64,000 bases of DNA from Pseudolabrys sp. (GTDB taxonomy: Bacteria > Pseudomonadota > Alphaproteobacteria > Rhizobiales > Xanthobacteraceae). The stretch is from the NCBI GenBank assembly GCA_029980465.1, contig JARYIJ010000001.1, positions 1,821,749 through 1,885,748 on the forward strand. The letters are read 5' to 3'. How positions within the stretch are numbered: the stretch's first letter is position 1; every line of letters begins with the position of its first letter. The notes beneath the pieces were generated by a model. It did not search any database and was not told the origin of the DNA. It was given only the letters and a program-made list of their open reading frames with translations. Both the position numbers and the translations under genes were made by a program. Of the stretch, positions 28,944 through 38,776 are shown piece by piece.

Positions 28944-29056
28944 CATGAAAAATGTTGCATGTAAAGTTGGAATACCGATACAATTGGTGTTAGAAGATAG
29001 CCGCCTCAGGCGCTTTACGACCGCGACCGCCGAAAAAACAAACCAGGGAAGAGACG

Positions 29057-30127
29057 ATGCCAATCATTACGAACAAGCGTGCGCTATTTCGCGCCATTCT
29101 TGGCGCCTCTGCCGTGCTGGCCGTCACTGCGGCCACGACGGTGATTCCCACTGCCGCTCAGGCGCAGACGACCATCCGCGCCGGCGTGATCAATGCCATC
29201 AGCGACGCGGCCTTCTTCATCGCCGACCGCAAAGGCTATTTCCGTGAGGAGGGGTTGAACGTCGAGATCGTGCCGTTCAAGGCCTCCTCGCAAATGGTCG
29301 CCCCGCTCGGCACCGGCGAGTTGCAGGTGGCCGCCGGCGCCGTCTCCGCCGGCCTCTATAATGCGATCGCCCGCGGCATCGACATCCGCATCGTTGCCGA
29401 CAAGGGTTCGATGCCGAAGCTGCACGGCTATGTCGAGCTGCTCGTGCGCAAGGATCTGGTCGATAGCGGCCGCTACAAAGGCTTCAAAGACCTCAAGGGC
29501 ATGAAAGTCGGCAGCCAGTCCAAGGGCGGCAGCGCGACCATCATTCTCGAACATGCGCTCAAGAAGGCCGGCTTGACCTTCAACGACGTCGATCTCGTCT
29601 ATATGGGCCATCCCGAGCTCGCCGCCGCGCTCCAGAACAAGGCCATCGACGCCGCCTTCGTCACCGAACCGCATGCCGCGCGCACGATCCGGAGCGGCGC
29701 GGCCCTGCTGATGGCGCGTGGCGACGAAGTCTATCCCGACGCGCAGGTCGCCGTGGTGCTGTACGCCGGCAAGTTCATCACCGAGAACCGCGGTGCCGCC
29801 GAGCGCTTCATGCGCGCCTATGTGCGCGCCGCGCGCGACTACAACGATGCGATCAAGGACGGCCGCTTCTTCGGACCCAAGGGCGACGAGATCATCAAGA
29901 TCCTCGCCGAAGCGACGCCCGTGAAGGACATCGAGCTCTACAAGATCATCACCCCGAACGGCTGCAATCCGAACGGCCAGGTCAACCGCGAAAGCCTGGC
30001 CTCCGATCTGGCCTCGTTCAAGGCCGACGGTCTGATCAAGGGCGAGCCAGATTTGAAGACGATCATCGACATGTCGTTCGCCGAAAAGGCGGTGAAGGAA
30101 CTCGGACCCTACAAGCCGAACTCGTGA
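29057..30127 (+). CDS. ABC transporter periplasmic substrate-binding protein (NMT1/NitT-TauT-like)
   Basis: 356 aa. Signal peptide ending AAQAQ. Followed by ATPase and permease genes. Confidence 0.75.
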   Translation: MPIITNKRALFRAILGASAVLAVTAATTVIPTAAQAQTTIRAGVINAISDAAFFIADRKGYFREEGLNVEIVPFKASSQMVAPLGTGELQVAAGAVSAGLYNAIARGIDIRIVADKGSMPKLHGYVELLVRKDLVDSGRYKGFKDLKGMKVGSQSKGGSATIILEHALKKAGLTFNDVDLVYMGHPELAAALQNKAIDAAFVTEPHAARTIRSGAALLMARGDEVYPDAQVAVVLYAGKFITENRGAAERFMRAYVRAARDYNDAIKDGRFFGPKGDEIIKILAEATPVKDIELYKIITPNGCNPNGQVNRESLASDLASFKADGLIKGEPDLKTIIDMSFAEKAVKELGPYKPNS

Positions 30128-30234
30128 TCGCGTGCATCGGCGGCTTGGCCCGGCCGAGCCGCTTTGCATGTTGCTTCAGCACGACGGCAGGCGCGCGCCG
30201 CCGGCGGGCGGCATTAGTCCTTCAGGAGAGCACT

Positions 30235-31098
30235 ATGAGCAGTGTCCTTGCATTTCAAAGCAGCGACGGAACGGCGGGCTCGGCCGGACGCCGCGCTGCT
30301 GCTGATCCGCCGATCCGCATCCGGTTCGTCGGAACGCGCAAGACATTCATGATCGGCAGCAAGCCGTTTGTCGCGCTCGAAGAGCTGAACCTCGACGTGG
30401 CGGAGGGGACATTCTTCTGCATCGTCGGGCCGAGCGGCTGCGGCAAGACGACCTTGTTGCGCATTCTCGCCGGACTCGAGTCGCCCAGCGAAGGCCGCGT
30501 CGAATGCTCGCGCACCGGCAAGGAGCCGCCGCGTATGTCGATGGTGTTTCAGGGAGACTCGATCTTTCCCTGGATGTCGGTGTGGGACAATGCTGCCTAT
30601 GCCCTGCGCCTGCGCGGCGTCGCGCACGCCGCGATCAAGGAAACGGTCGACTATTATCTCGATCGCACCGGCCTGCGGCGCTTCGCCGACTACTATCCGC
30701 ACCAGCTCTCGGGCGGCATGAAGCAGCGGGTGTCGATCGCGCGCGCTTTCGCCAACGATCCCGAAATCCTGCTGATGGACGAGCCGTTCTCCGCGCTCGA
30801 CGAGCAAAACAAGACGCTGTTACAGGAAGAGCTGCTGCGCATTTGGGAAGAAACCCGGAAAACCGTGCTGTTCATCACGCATAGCGTCGACGAGGCGGTG
30901 ACCCTAGGCGACCGCATCATGGTCATGACCGCTCATCCGGGCCGCGTGAAGGCGATCATCGACGTACCGTTCGAACGGCCGCGTTCGGTGCTGGAGCTGC
31001 GCGCGGAGCGCAGCTACGGCGAACTTGTCTACCGCATCTGGGGGCACTTGCGCGACGAAGTGCAGCAGGCGCGCGACCAGCAGCAGTCGAATGGATGA
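30235..31098 (+). CDS. ABC transporter ATP-binding protein
   Basis: Walker A is GPSGCGKTT, signature is LSGGMKQR, Walker B is LLMDEPFSALD. ATG 30235 is preceded by AGGAGAG. Confidence 0.9.
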   Translation: MSSVLAFQSSDGTAGSAGRRAAADPPIRIRFVGTRKTFMIGSKPFVALEELNLDVAEGTFFCIVGPSGCGKTTLLRILAGLESPSEGRVECSRTGKEPPRMSMVFQGDSIFPWMSVWDNAAYALRLRGVAHAAIKETVDYYLDRTGLRRFADYYPHQLSGGMKQRVSIARAFANDPEILLMDEPFSALDEQNKTLLQEELLRIWEETRKTVLFITHSVDEAVTLGDRIMVMTAHPGRVKAIIDVPFERPRSVLELRAERSYGELVYRIWGHLRDEVQQARDQQQSNG

Positions 31099-31101
31099 TC
31101 C

Positions 31102-31947
31102 ATGACCCTCGCCACACACGACAATACGACGCAAGCGACCTTCGTCACCGTCGCCGAACCGAAAAGGACGCGGCGCTCCTTTGCCGACGGCGTCTTCGCC
31201 GACGAGCACGTGATGATGGTGCTCTCACCGGTGGCGTTATTGCTGATCTGGGAGATCGCCGGGCGGCTCGGGCTCATCGATCTGCGCTTCTTTCCGATGC
31301 CGAGCCAGATATTCACGGAGCTCGTTGGCGTCATGAGCTCGGGCGAATTGTGGCTGAACACGACCGCGAGCCTGCAACGGCTGGCGATCGGCTTCGTGCT
31401 CGGCGGGGCGCCGGCGCTGGCTCTCGGCATTCTGATGGGGCTGGTGCGGCCGCTGCGCCTGTTCGTCGATCCGCTGGTCGCCGCCACCTATCCGGTTCCG
31501 AAAAGCGCGATCCTGCCACTCATCCTGCTCGTCTTTGGGCTGGGCGAAGCCTCCAAGGTCGTCATGGTCGCGATCGGCGTATTCTATCCGGTCATCATCA
31601 ACACCACGGCCGGCGTGCTGGCGATCAATCGTACTTATCTGGACGTCGGCAAGCATTTCAGGGCGACGCCCTGGCAAACCTTCCGCACCATCGCGCTGCC
31701 GGGAGCGATGCCTTTCATCATGACCGGCTTCAAGCTCGGCGCCGGGCTCGGACTCATCCTCATCGCCATCGCCGAGATGATCGGCGCCAAGCGCGGTCTC
31801 GGCTACATGATCTGGAACGCCTGGGAAATCCTGCAAGTGGAGATGATGTATATCGGCATCTTGGTGATAGCCGTCATCGGCTTCATCGTGACCATCCTGC
31901 TCAATCAACTCGAACGCTGGATGGTGCCGTGGCAGTCGGGCCGGTGA
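31102..31947 (+). CDS. ABC transporter permease
   Basis: 281 aa, multiple TM segments, BPD-type permease layout. Confidence 0.85.
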   Translation: MTLATHDNTTQATFVTVAEPKRTRRSFADGVFADEHVMMVLSPVALLLIWEIAGRLGLIDLRFFPMPSQIFTELVGVMSSGELWLNTTASLQRLAIGFVLGGAPALALGILMGLVRPLRLFVDPLVAATYPVPKSAILPLILLVFGLGEASKVVMVAIGVFYPVIINTTAGVLAINRTYLDVGKHFRATPWQTFRTIALPGAMPFIMTGFKLGAGLGLILIAIAEMIGAKRGLGYMIWNAWEILQVEMMYIGILVIAVIGFIVTILLNQLERWMVPWQSGR

Positions 31948-31988
31948 TGCCGGTCGCGCGCGGTGTTTGCGGACAATAAGGGAATTCA

Positions 31989-33455
31989 ATGAAAGCAATG
32001 CAGATTTCGAGCTTCATCGCCGGTGAATATGTCGGCGTGGGCGGCCGCAACGCATTCGAGAACATCAACCCGGCCGACGGCAGTGTGATATCGCACGTGA
32101 TCGAGGCGAGCGCCGACGACGTCGACCGCGCCGTGCAGGCCGCCAAACGCGCGTTGAAGGGACCCTGGGGCCGGCTCAGCGTGCCGGAACGCGCTCGCTT
32201 GCTGGAGAAAGTGGCCGCCCGCATCGAGGAGCGATTCGATGAGTTCCTCGCCGCCGAGGTCGCCGACACCGGCAAGCCGGTGACGCTCGCCTCCCATCTC
32301 GACATCCCGCGCGGCGCCGCCAATTTCCGTGCTTTCGCCTCGGTCATCGAATCGGCGCCGACGAAAGGTTTCACCATGCGCGGCCCGACTGGCGGCGACG
32401 TCATCAACTATTCGCTGCGCACGCCGAAAGGCGTGATCGCGGTCGTATGCCCGTGGAATTTTCCGCTGCTGCTGATGACCTGGAAGGTCGCGCCGGCGCT
32501 CTCCTGCGGCAACACGGTGGTGGTGAAGCCGTCCGAGGAAACGCCGTCGACCGCGAGCCTCTTGGGCGACGTCATGCGCGAGGTCGGCATCCCGGACGGC
32601 GTCTACAACGTCGTGCACGGCTTCGGGCCGAATTCGGCCGGCGAGTATCTCACCTCGCACCCTTTGGTGGACGCGATCACCTTCACCGGCGAATGCAAGA
32701 CCGGCGAGGCGATCATGCGCGCGGCGGCCGCCGGCACGCGACCGGTTTCGTTCGAACTTGGCGGCAAGAATGCCGGCATCGTGTTTGCCGACTGCAACAT
32801 GGAGAAGGCGGTCGACACCACGGTGCGCGCAATCTTCATGAACGCGGGGCAAGTCTGCCTGCACACCGAACGCGTCTATGTCGAGCGGCCGTTCTTCGAG
32901 GAGTTCACCGCCAAGGTCAGCGCGCGCGCCAAGGCGCTCAAGCCGGGTCAACCACACGACAAGAGCACGACCATCGGGCCGCTGATCAGCGCCGAACATC
33001 GCAAGAAGGTGCTCGGCTATTACCAGAAGGCGGCGGCAGCCGGCGCGCGCGCGCATACTGGCGGCGGCGAATTCCGCATGGAGGGCGCGCTCGCCAAGGG
33101 CTTCTGGGTCGAGCCGACGGTGTGGACCGGCCTCGACGATGGCGCCGCCATCAACCGCGAGGAGATCTTCGGGCCCTGCGCGCATTTCTCGCCTTTCGAC
33201 TCCGACGACGAGGTGGTGGCGCGGGCGAACGACAGCGACTTCGGCCTTGCCGCCATGGTGCTCACGGAAAACCTCACGCGCGCGCACCGCATCGCCGGGC
33301 AGCTCGAGGCGGGCACCTGCTGGATCAACAGCTGGTTCTTGCGCGACCTGCGCGCGCCCTTCGGCGGCGCCAAGCGCTCCGGCATCGGTCGCGAAGGCGG
33401 CGTGCATTCGCTGGAATTCTATACGGAGCTGAAGAATGTCTGCGTTCCGATCTGA
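31989..33455 (+). CDS. NAD-dependent aldehyde dehydrogenase (2-hydroxymuconic semialdehyde dehydrogenase-like)
   Basis: 488 aa. Contains FELGGKNA and a catalytic Cys context (MNAGQVCLHTERVYV). The product assignment comes from the meta-pathway context. Confidence 0.85.
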   Translation: MKAMQISSFIAGEYVGVGGRNAFENINPADGSVISHVIEASADDVDRAVQAAKRALKGPWGRLSVPERARLLEKVAARIEERFDEFLAAEVADTGKPVTLASHLDIPRGAANFRAFASVIESAPTKGFTMRGPTGGDVINYSLRTPKGVIAVVCPWNFPLLLMTWKVAPALSCGNTVVVKPSEETPSTASLLGDVMREVGIPDGVYNVVHGFGPNSAGEYLTSHPLVDAITFTGECKTGEAIMRAAAAGTRPVSFELGGKNAGIVFADCNMEKAVDTTVRAIFMNAGQVCLHTERVYVERPFFEEFTAKVSARAKALKPGQPHDKSTTIGPLISAEHRKKVLGYYQKAAAAGARAHTGGGEFRMEGALAKGFWVEPTVWTGLDDGAAINREEIFGPCAHFSPFDSDDEVVARANDSDFGLAAMVLTENLTRAHRIAGQLEAGTCWINSWFLRDLRAPFGGAKRSGIGREGGVHSLEFYTELKNVCVPI

Positions 33456-33485
33456 CCCGCTCCGCTGCGGGACGGAGCCGCAATC

Positions 33486-34286
33486 ATGAGCAAGAATGCA
33501 TTCGCGCAGGCTGCGGCCCTCGCCGACGCTTTGAATGCTGCCGAGACGGCCCGGGCCCCGATTGCACCCATCAGCAGGGCCCATCCTGCGGCGACCGAGT
33601 TGGACGCCTATGCGGTGCAGGCCTTCAATATTGAACGTGGGCTCAAGTCGGGTCGCCGAATTGTCGGCCGCAAGATTGGGCTGACCTCGGTTTCGGTGCA
33701 GGCGCAGTTCGGCGTCAATCAGCCGGATTGCGGCATCCTGTTTGCCGACATGGAAGTACCCGACCGCACTGAAGTGCCGGCGGGAGAACTGATTGCCCCG
33801 CGCGTGGAGGCCGAGATCGGCTTCGTCATCGGCAAGTCGATCGAGCATCCCGACGTCACGGTGGCCGAGCTGGTGTCGTCCATTGCCTATGCGATGCCCG
33901 CCATCGAGATCGTCGACAGCCGCATCGTCGACTGGAAGATCAATCTCTTCGACACCATTGCCGATAACGCTTCGTCCGCTCGCTTCGTGCTCGGCTCGAC
34001 CTTTCACAAACTGTGCGGGCTCGATTTGCGGCTCTGCGGCATGATGTTGGAGAAGAACGGCGAGCCGGTCTCGTTCGGCGCGGGCGCCGCCTGCATGGGA
34101 CATCCGCTCAACGCGGTGCGCTGGCTGGCGCGTGTGATGGCGCAGGAAGGCCGCCCTTTGCGCGCAGGTGATGTGGTGCTGTCCGGTGCACTGGGGCCGA
34201 TGGTTCCGGCGGCGCCCGGCGACCGCTTCACCATCCGCATCGAGAAACTCGGCGATGCCGCCGTGTCGTTCCAGGCAAAAACATGA
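33486..34286 (+). CDS. 2-oxopent-4-enoate hydratase-like (MhpD/XylJ family)
   Basis: 266 aa. AYAVQAFNIERGLKSGRRIVGRKIGLTS...FGVNQPDCGILFADM. Confidence 0.75.
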   Translation: MSKNAFAQAAALADALNAAETARAPIAPISRAHPAATELDAYAVQAFNIERGLKSGRRIVGRKIGLTSVSVQAQFGVNQPDCGILFADMEVPDRTEVPAGELIAPRVEAEIGFVIGKSIEHPDVTVAELVSSIAYAMPAIEIVDSRIVDWKINLFDTIADNASSARFVLGSTFHKLCGLDLRLCGMMLEKNGEPVSFGAGAACMGHPLNAVRWLARVMAQEGRPLRAGDVVLSGALGPMVPAAPGDRFTIRIEKLGDAAVSFQAKT

Positions 34287-35068
34287 ACAAGAACATGAAT
34301 ACGATGGCTCAGCTTGACGTTGCCGCAAAGCTCGATGAGGCGGCGCGGTCGGCGACAGCCATCGAGCAGATTTCGCTTACCACCGCGCTGTCGGTGCCCG
34401 ACGCCTATCGCGTGCAACGACTCTCGGTGAACTTGCGCGTCGCGCGCGGCGAAAAGCCGAGCGGCATGAAACTTGGACTGACCAGTCGCGCGAAGATGGC
34501 GCAGGTCGGCATTTCGACGGCGGTCTGCGGACTGCTCACGGACGCGATGGCGGTGGAGGAGGGGCACGAGCTGCCCTTCGCGCGGTATATCCATCCGCGC
34601 GCGGAGCCGGAAATCGCCTTTCTGCTCGGCAAATCGCTGCGCGGCCTGGGAACCATTCCGGAAGTCGCCCGGGCGGTCGAGGCGGTGCTGCCCGCCATCG
34701 AGATCATCGACAGCCGCTACCGTAACTTCAAGTTTTCGCTTGCCGACGTAATCGCGGACAATTCCTCGTCGTCGGCCTATATTCTTGGCCAGCCGATTCC
34801 GACTCGCCGGGCGATCGACAATGTCGGCATGGTGCTCTTGATCGACGGCAAGCCGGCCGAGATCGGATCGTCGGCGGCGGTGCTGGGAAGTCCGTGGCGC
34901 GCGCTGGTCGCCGCAGCGCATTTTGCCGATGAATACGACGTCGACCTGGGGCCGGGCGACATCATCCTCAGCGGCGGCGCGACGGCGGCGGTCGGCCTTG
35001 CCGCGGGACAGACCGTCTGTCTGGAGGTGAACGGGTTCGCGCCGATCCAGTTCAAGGTGACGGCCTAG
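34283..35068 (+). CDS. 4-oxalocrotonate decarboxylase-like (XylI family)
   Basis: 261 aa paralog of the preceding gene. ATGA overlap. Confidence 0.65.
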   Translation: MNKNMNTMAQLDVAAKLDEAARSATAIEQISLTTALSVPDAYRVQRLSVNLRVARGEKPSGMKLGLTSRAKMAQVGISTAVCGLLTDAMAVEEGHELPFARYIHPRAEPEIAFLLGKSLRGLGTIPEVARAVEAVLPAIEIIDSRYRNFKFSLADVIADNSSSSAYILGQPIPTRRAIDNVGMVLLIDGKPAEIGSSAAVLGSPWRALVAAAHFADEYDVDLGPGDIILSGGATAAVGLAAGQTVCLEVNGFAPIQFKVTA

Positions 35069-35096
35069 AGACGCGGCCGGCCGGGAGCGACAGGAC

Positions 35097-35792
35097 ATGA
35101 ACAAGATCGTGACGCAGCAGGATGTCGGGCGGGCGCGCTTCCTCGACGTGCTGCACCGACTGCGCACCGAAATCCTCAACGGCACGGTCGAGCCAAACCA
35201 GAAATTGTCGATCGACGACATCGCGCGCCGCTATGATGTCTCCACCGGCACCTTGCGCGAGGTGATCTCGCGGCTGGTCGCCGAACAGCTCCTCATCATG
35301 GACGGCCAGAAGGGAGTGCGGGTGACGCCGATCAGCGTCGCCGACATCGACGACATCATCAATGTGCGCATTTTGCTGGAGACCCACGCGCTGCGCGAAT
35401 CGATGCGGCGCGGCGGCCACGCGTGGGAAAGTGGCATCGTGGCGTCGCAGCACAAGCTCAGCCGTATCCAGCGCGACGCCCTGGAAGGCCGCGAGCAATG
35501 GAATACCGAATGGCATCGCACCAACCGCGAATTCCACTTGGCGCTCGGCTCGGCCTGCGGCTCGCCGCGCATTCTGCAAATCCTCAACAGTCTGTTCGAC
35601 CAGTCCCAGCGCTACGGCCTGCGCTTCCTCCAAAGCCATGGCGCGGTGATTAAATTCGCCAACGATCACAATGAGATCATCGAGGCCATCCTGGCCCACG
35701 ACATGGAGAAGGCCTGCGAGCGGCTGCGCGCGCATCTCGAACAGGTGCGCTTCGACCTGACCCAGGTGCCAAAGCTAAGCTCGGTATCTTAA
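35097..35792 (+). CDS. GntR-family transcriptional regulator (FadR-type C-domain)
   Basis: 231 aa. N-terminal winged helix-turn-helix (wHTH) is LSIDDIARRYDVSTGTLREVISRLVAEQLL. Confidence 0.85.
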   Translation: MNKIVTQQDVGRARFLDVLHRLRTEILNGTVEPNQKLSIDDIARRYDVSTGTLREVISRLVAEQLLIMDGQKGVRVTPISVADIDDIINVRILLETHALRESMRRGGHAWESGIVASQHKLSRIQRDALEGREQWNTEWHRTNREFHLALGSACGSPRILQILNSLFDQSQRYGLRFLQSHGAVIKFANDHNEIIEAILAHDMEKACERLRAHLEQVRFDLTQVPKLSSVS

Positions 35793-35799
35793 ATTGCAT

Positions 35800-35827
35800 T
35801 TGACAAAAGTCATTTCATCGATAAAAT
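35800..35827 (+). promoter_or_regulatory. Putative sigma-70 promoter (TTGACA-16 bp-TAAAAT) with overlapping TTCATCGATAAA box
   Basis: AT-rich intergenic region upstream of the Rieske oxygenase gene. The palindromic box at 35814-35825 overlaps the -10 element. Confidence 0.45.
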
Positions 35828-35890
35828 CGTCTCTGGTTAAATAACAAGCGTTACGGGTTGAAGGTCCATGGTATCGTGAGAGGAATGCCC

Positions 35891-37201
35891 ATGAATATTG
35901 AGGCCCGCCAAGTACAAGGCTTGGTCGACGACCGCCCGAGCCACTTCAAGGTTGACCGTTCAGTCTACACCGACCCCGCGATTTTCGCGCGCGAGATGGA
36001 GCTCATCTTCGAGCGCAACTGGGTCTATCTCTGCCACGCCAGCCAGATCGCCAACGAAGGCGACTTCTATTCGACTCGCATGGGCCGTCAGCCGGTCTAT
36101 GCCGTGCGCGGCAAGAACAACAAGATCAACGCCTTTATCAATGCCTGTAGCCATCGCGGCGCGGTGCTGACGCCAATGCGGCGCGGCAATGCGAAGACGC
36201 TGACCTGCCGCTTTCATGGCTGGTGCTTCAACACCGAAGGCCGCTGCGTCAAGGTCAAGAACGAAAAGACCGGCTGGCCGGACGGCTGCGACAAGGAGCA
36301 GTTTGGGCTGACGCCGGTGGCGCGCGTGGAGGAATACAAGGGCTTCGTGTTCGGCTCGCTCAGCGCCAACGTCGAGCCGCTCCAGGATTTCCTCGGTGAA
36401 GCGAAGACCTTCATCGATCTGCTCGCCGACCAGTCGGTCGAGGGCATGGAGGTTGTGCGCGGCGGACAGACCTACCTGATCCGCGGCAATTGGAAATTGC
36501 AGGCCGAGAACGGCGTGGACGGCTATCACGTGTCCACGGTGCATCGCGTATTCGCCGGCGCGATGGCCAAGCGCGAGTCGCTGGAAGGCGCCGAAGGCAT
36601 GCGCAAGACCGAAGCCGGCCGGATCGCGGGGATCGTGCCGACCGGCCAGTACGATCTCGGCAACGGCCACATGGTCGTGTGGGCGAAGCGGGCAACGCCG
36701 GAGGTGGCGCCGCTCAGCGCCTCGCTTGACAAGCTCCAGGAGCGCTTCCCCGACGATCGCATCGAATGGATGCTGCGGCGCGGACGCAATCTTCTCGTCT
36801 TCCCTTCGACGCACTTCATGGATCAGCCGTCGACGCAGATCCGCGTGCTGCTGCCGATCTCGCCGAGTGAAACGGAATGCCGCGTTTACTGTATCGCCCC
36901 GAAGGGTGAACCGGCGGCCGGGCGCGCCGCCCGTATCCGCAAGTTCGAGGACTTCTACATGCTCACCGGCATGGCGACGCCGGACGACATGGCGGCGTTG
37001 GAGGACATCCAGCTCGGCTCGCTCGGCGTTGCCGCGCAGTGGAACAACATTGAACGCGGCCGTTCGGTGATGGTGGACGGGGCCGACGAGGAGGCCAAGG
37101 CGCTCGGAATCAAGCCCGTGTCGAGCAACGGAAGTTGGGAAAGCGAAACGCTCTATTACGGCTTCTTCCGCCAGTGGAGCAAGGAGATGTCCACGCCATG
37201 A
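35891..37201 (+). CDS. Rieske aromatic ring-hydroxylating dioxygenase, alpha subunit (benzoate/anthranilate-type)
   Basis: Rieske motif CSHRG...CRFHGW. ATG 35891 lies 6 nt after GAGAGGA. Confidence 0.88.
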   Translation: MNIEARQVQGLVDDRPSHFKVDRSVYTDPAIFAREMELIFERNWVYLCHASQIANEGDFYSTRMGRQPVYAVRGKNNKINAFINACSHRGAVLTPMRRGNAKTLTCRFHGWCFNTEGRCVKVKNEKTGWPDGCDKEQFGLTPVARVEEYKGFVFGSLSANVEPLQDFLGEAKTFIDLLADQSVEGMEVVRGGQTYLIRGNWKLQAENGVDGYHVSTVHRVFAGAMAKRESLEGAEGMRKTEAGRIAGIVPTGQYDLGNGHMVVWAKRATPEVAPLSASLDKLQERFPDDRIEWMLRRGRNLLVFPSTHFMDQPSTQIRVLLPISPSETECRVYCIAPKGEPAAGRAARIRKFEDFYMLTGMATPDDMAALEDIQLGSLGVAAQWNNIERGRSVMVDGADEEAKALGIKPVSSNGSWESETLYYGFFRQWSKEMSTP

Positions 37202-37725
37202 ACCAGCATGCAGCGATCATGCAGCCGGACCTCTCCGCTTGGCTCCAGCCGGCCGAACAGTTGCTCTATCTCGAAGCGGACGTGCTTGACCGCCAGATGT
37301 GGGAGGAATGGCTCCCGCTCTATACCGAGGACAGTATTTACTGGGTGCCGTCTTGGGCCGATGAAGAACATCTGATCGAGAATCCCGAGCTTGAGATCAA
37401 CATGATGTATATCGTCGGCAAAGCCGGGCTCGAGGCGCGGCTCTACCGCATCTCCTCGCGCGATTCTTATGCCTCCTTGCCGCTGCCGCGCACCTCGCAT
37501 GTGGTGAGCAGTGTGCGCATCACCGGAGAGGCGGAGAACGGCGACATTCTCGTATCGGCGAAATGGTCGGTGCTCTCGAGCGACGCACGGCGCGGCAAGA
37601 TCGTCCGCGGCGGGTGGTATGACTACGCTCTGGCCAAAACGGCCGAAGGGCTGCGCATCCGACGCAAAAAGATCACGCTGCTCGAAGACATGATCGACGG
37701 AACGATCGACATCTTCCAGATCTGA
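37198..37725 (+). CDS. Ring-hydroxylating dioxygenase beta subunit
   Basis: 175 aa. ATGA overlap with the alpha subunit gene. SnoaL/NTF2-like small subunit pattern. Confidence 0.85.
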   Translation: MNQHAAIMQPDLSAWLQPAEQLLYLEADVLDRQMWEEWLPLYTEDSIYWVPSWADEEHLIENPELEINMMYIVGKAGLEARLYRISSRDSYASLPLPRTSHVVSSVRITGEAENGDILVSAKWSVLSSDARRGKIVRGGWYDYALAKTAEGLRIRRKKITLLEDMIDGTIDIFQI

Positions 37726-37732
37726 GGGACCG

Positions 37733-38767
37733 ATGCTTGCTTTGTCCAAGGTGACGCAAGGAGAGAATGGGCTTGCGCTCGTCGACCATGCCGAGCCCCA
37801 AATCGGTCCCGGTCAGGTGCTGATCCGCATCGAGGCGAGCGGCATCTGCGGCACCGATATCCAGATATACAAGTGGGCGCCGCGCATGGCGCGCCGGATG
37901 ACCCTGCCGCGCGTGCTCGGTCACGAAGGCAGCGGCGTGGTCGTTGGCGTCGGGCAGGGCGTGAACCGGGTGAAGGTCGGCGACCACGTTTCGCTCGAAA
38001 GCCATATTTTTTGCGGCGAATGCCACCAATGCAAGACCGACCGGGCGCATCTCTGCGTCAACACGCGCTATCCCGGCGTTGATATCGACGGCTGCTTCGC
38101 GCGCTACGTCGTCGTGCCCGAGCAGATCGCCTGGGTGCATCCGGAGCCGATTCCGTTCGAGCAGGCCGCGATCTTCGAGCCCTTCGGCATCGCGATGCAT
38201 GTCTGCAACGAGGGCCGCGGGGTCGCCTCGCTGCCGGTGCTAGTCAGCGGCTGCGGTCCCATCGGCCTGATGGCGGTCGCCACCGCGCGTGCGCTGGGAG
38301 CGCGGAAGGTCATTGCCGTCGATCCGATCGCTATCCGCCGGCGCGCCGCGATCGAGCTCGGCGCCGACGCTGCGCTCGATCCGACCACGCACGATATCGT
38401 TGCGGAGGTGAAGGCCTTGACCGCGGGGCAGGGGGTCGAGGTCGCCATTGAATTCTCCGGCACCGAGCCCGGTTTCCGCACCGCGCTTGATTGCGTGACG
38501 AAAGGTGGCGAATTCCGCCTCGTCGGCGCGCCCGCGCTGCCGATCGAAATCGATCTCACGCGCTGGCTGCTGCAATGCCCGACCATCTACAACATCCACG
38601 GCCGCCGCATCTGGCGGAGCTGGGACCAGCTCTGGGCGCTTTTCAAGTCGGGCAAGATCGACCTGCGCCCGGTCATCAGCCACGTGCTGCCGCTGTCGGA
38701 GGGCATCACCGGCTTCGACCTGATCCGCAAGGGCGAAGCGCTGAAGCCGATCCTCATTCCGTCCTGA
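37733..38767 (+). CDS. Zn-dependent alcohol/threonine dehydrogenase-family oxidoreductase (candidate cis-diol dehydrogenase)
   Basis: 344 aa. Contains GHEGSG, a structural Zn Cys cluster (CGECHQC) and GCGPIG. Confidence 0.8.
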   Translation: MLALSKVTQGENGLALVDHAEPQIGPGQVLIRIEASGICGTDIQIYKWAPRMARRMTLPRVLGHEGSGVVVGVGQGVNRVKVGDHVSLESHIFCGECHQCKTDRAHLCVNTRYPGVDIDGCFARYVVVPEQIAWVHPEPIPFEQAAIFEPFGIAMHVCNEGRGVASLPVLVSGCGPIGLMAVATARALGARKVIAVDPIAIRRRAAIELGADAALDPTTHDIVAEVKALTAGQGVEVAIEFSGTEPGFRTALDCVTKGGEFRLVGAPALPIEIDLTRWLLQCPTIYNIHGRRIWRSWDQLWALFKSGKIDLRPVISHVLPLSEGITGFDLIRKGEALKPILIPS

Positions 38768-38776
38768 AGGTGCGCG

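Noticed and set aside
31986-34328. 780-aa ORF on the minus strand across the aldehyde dehydrogenase and hydratase genes.
   Set aside because: It is antisense shadow of well-supported plus-strand genes in high-GC DNA. The translation is Arg/Gly/Ala/His-rich with no motifs.
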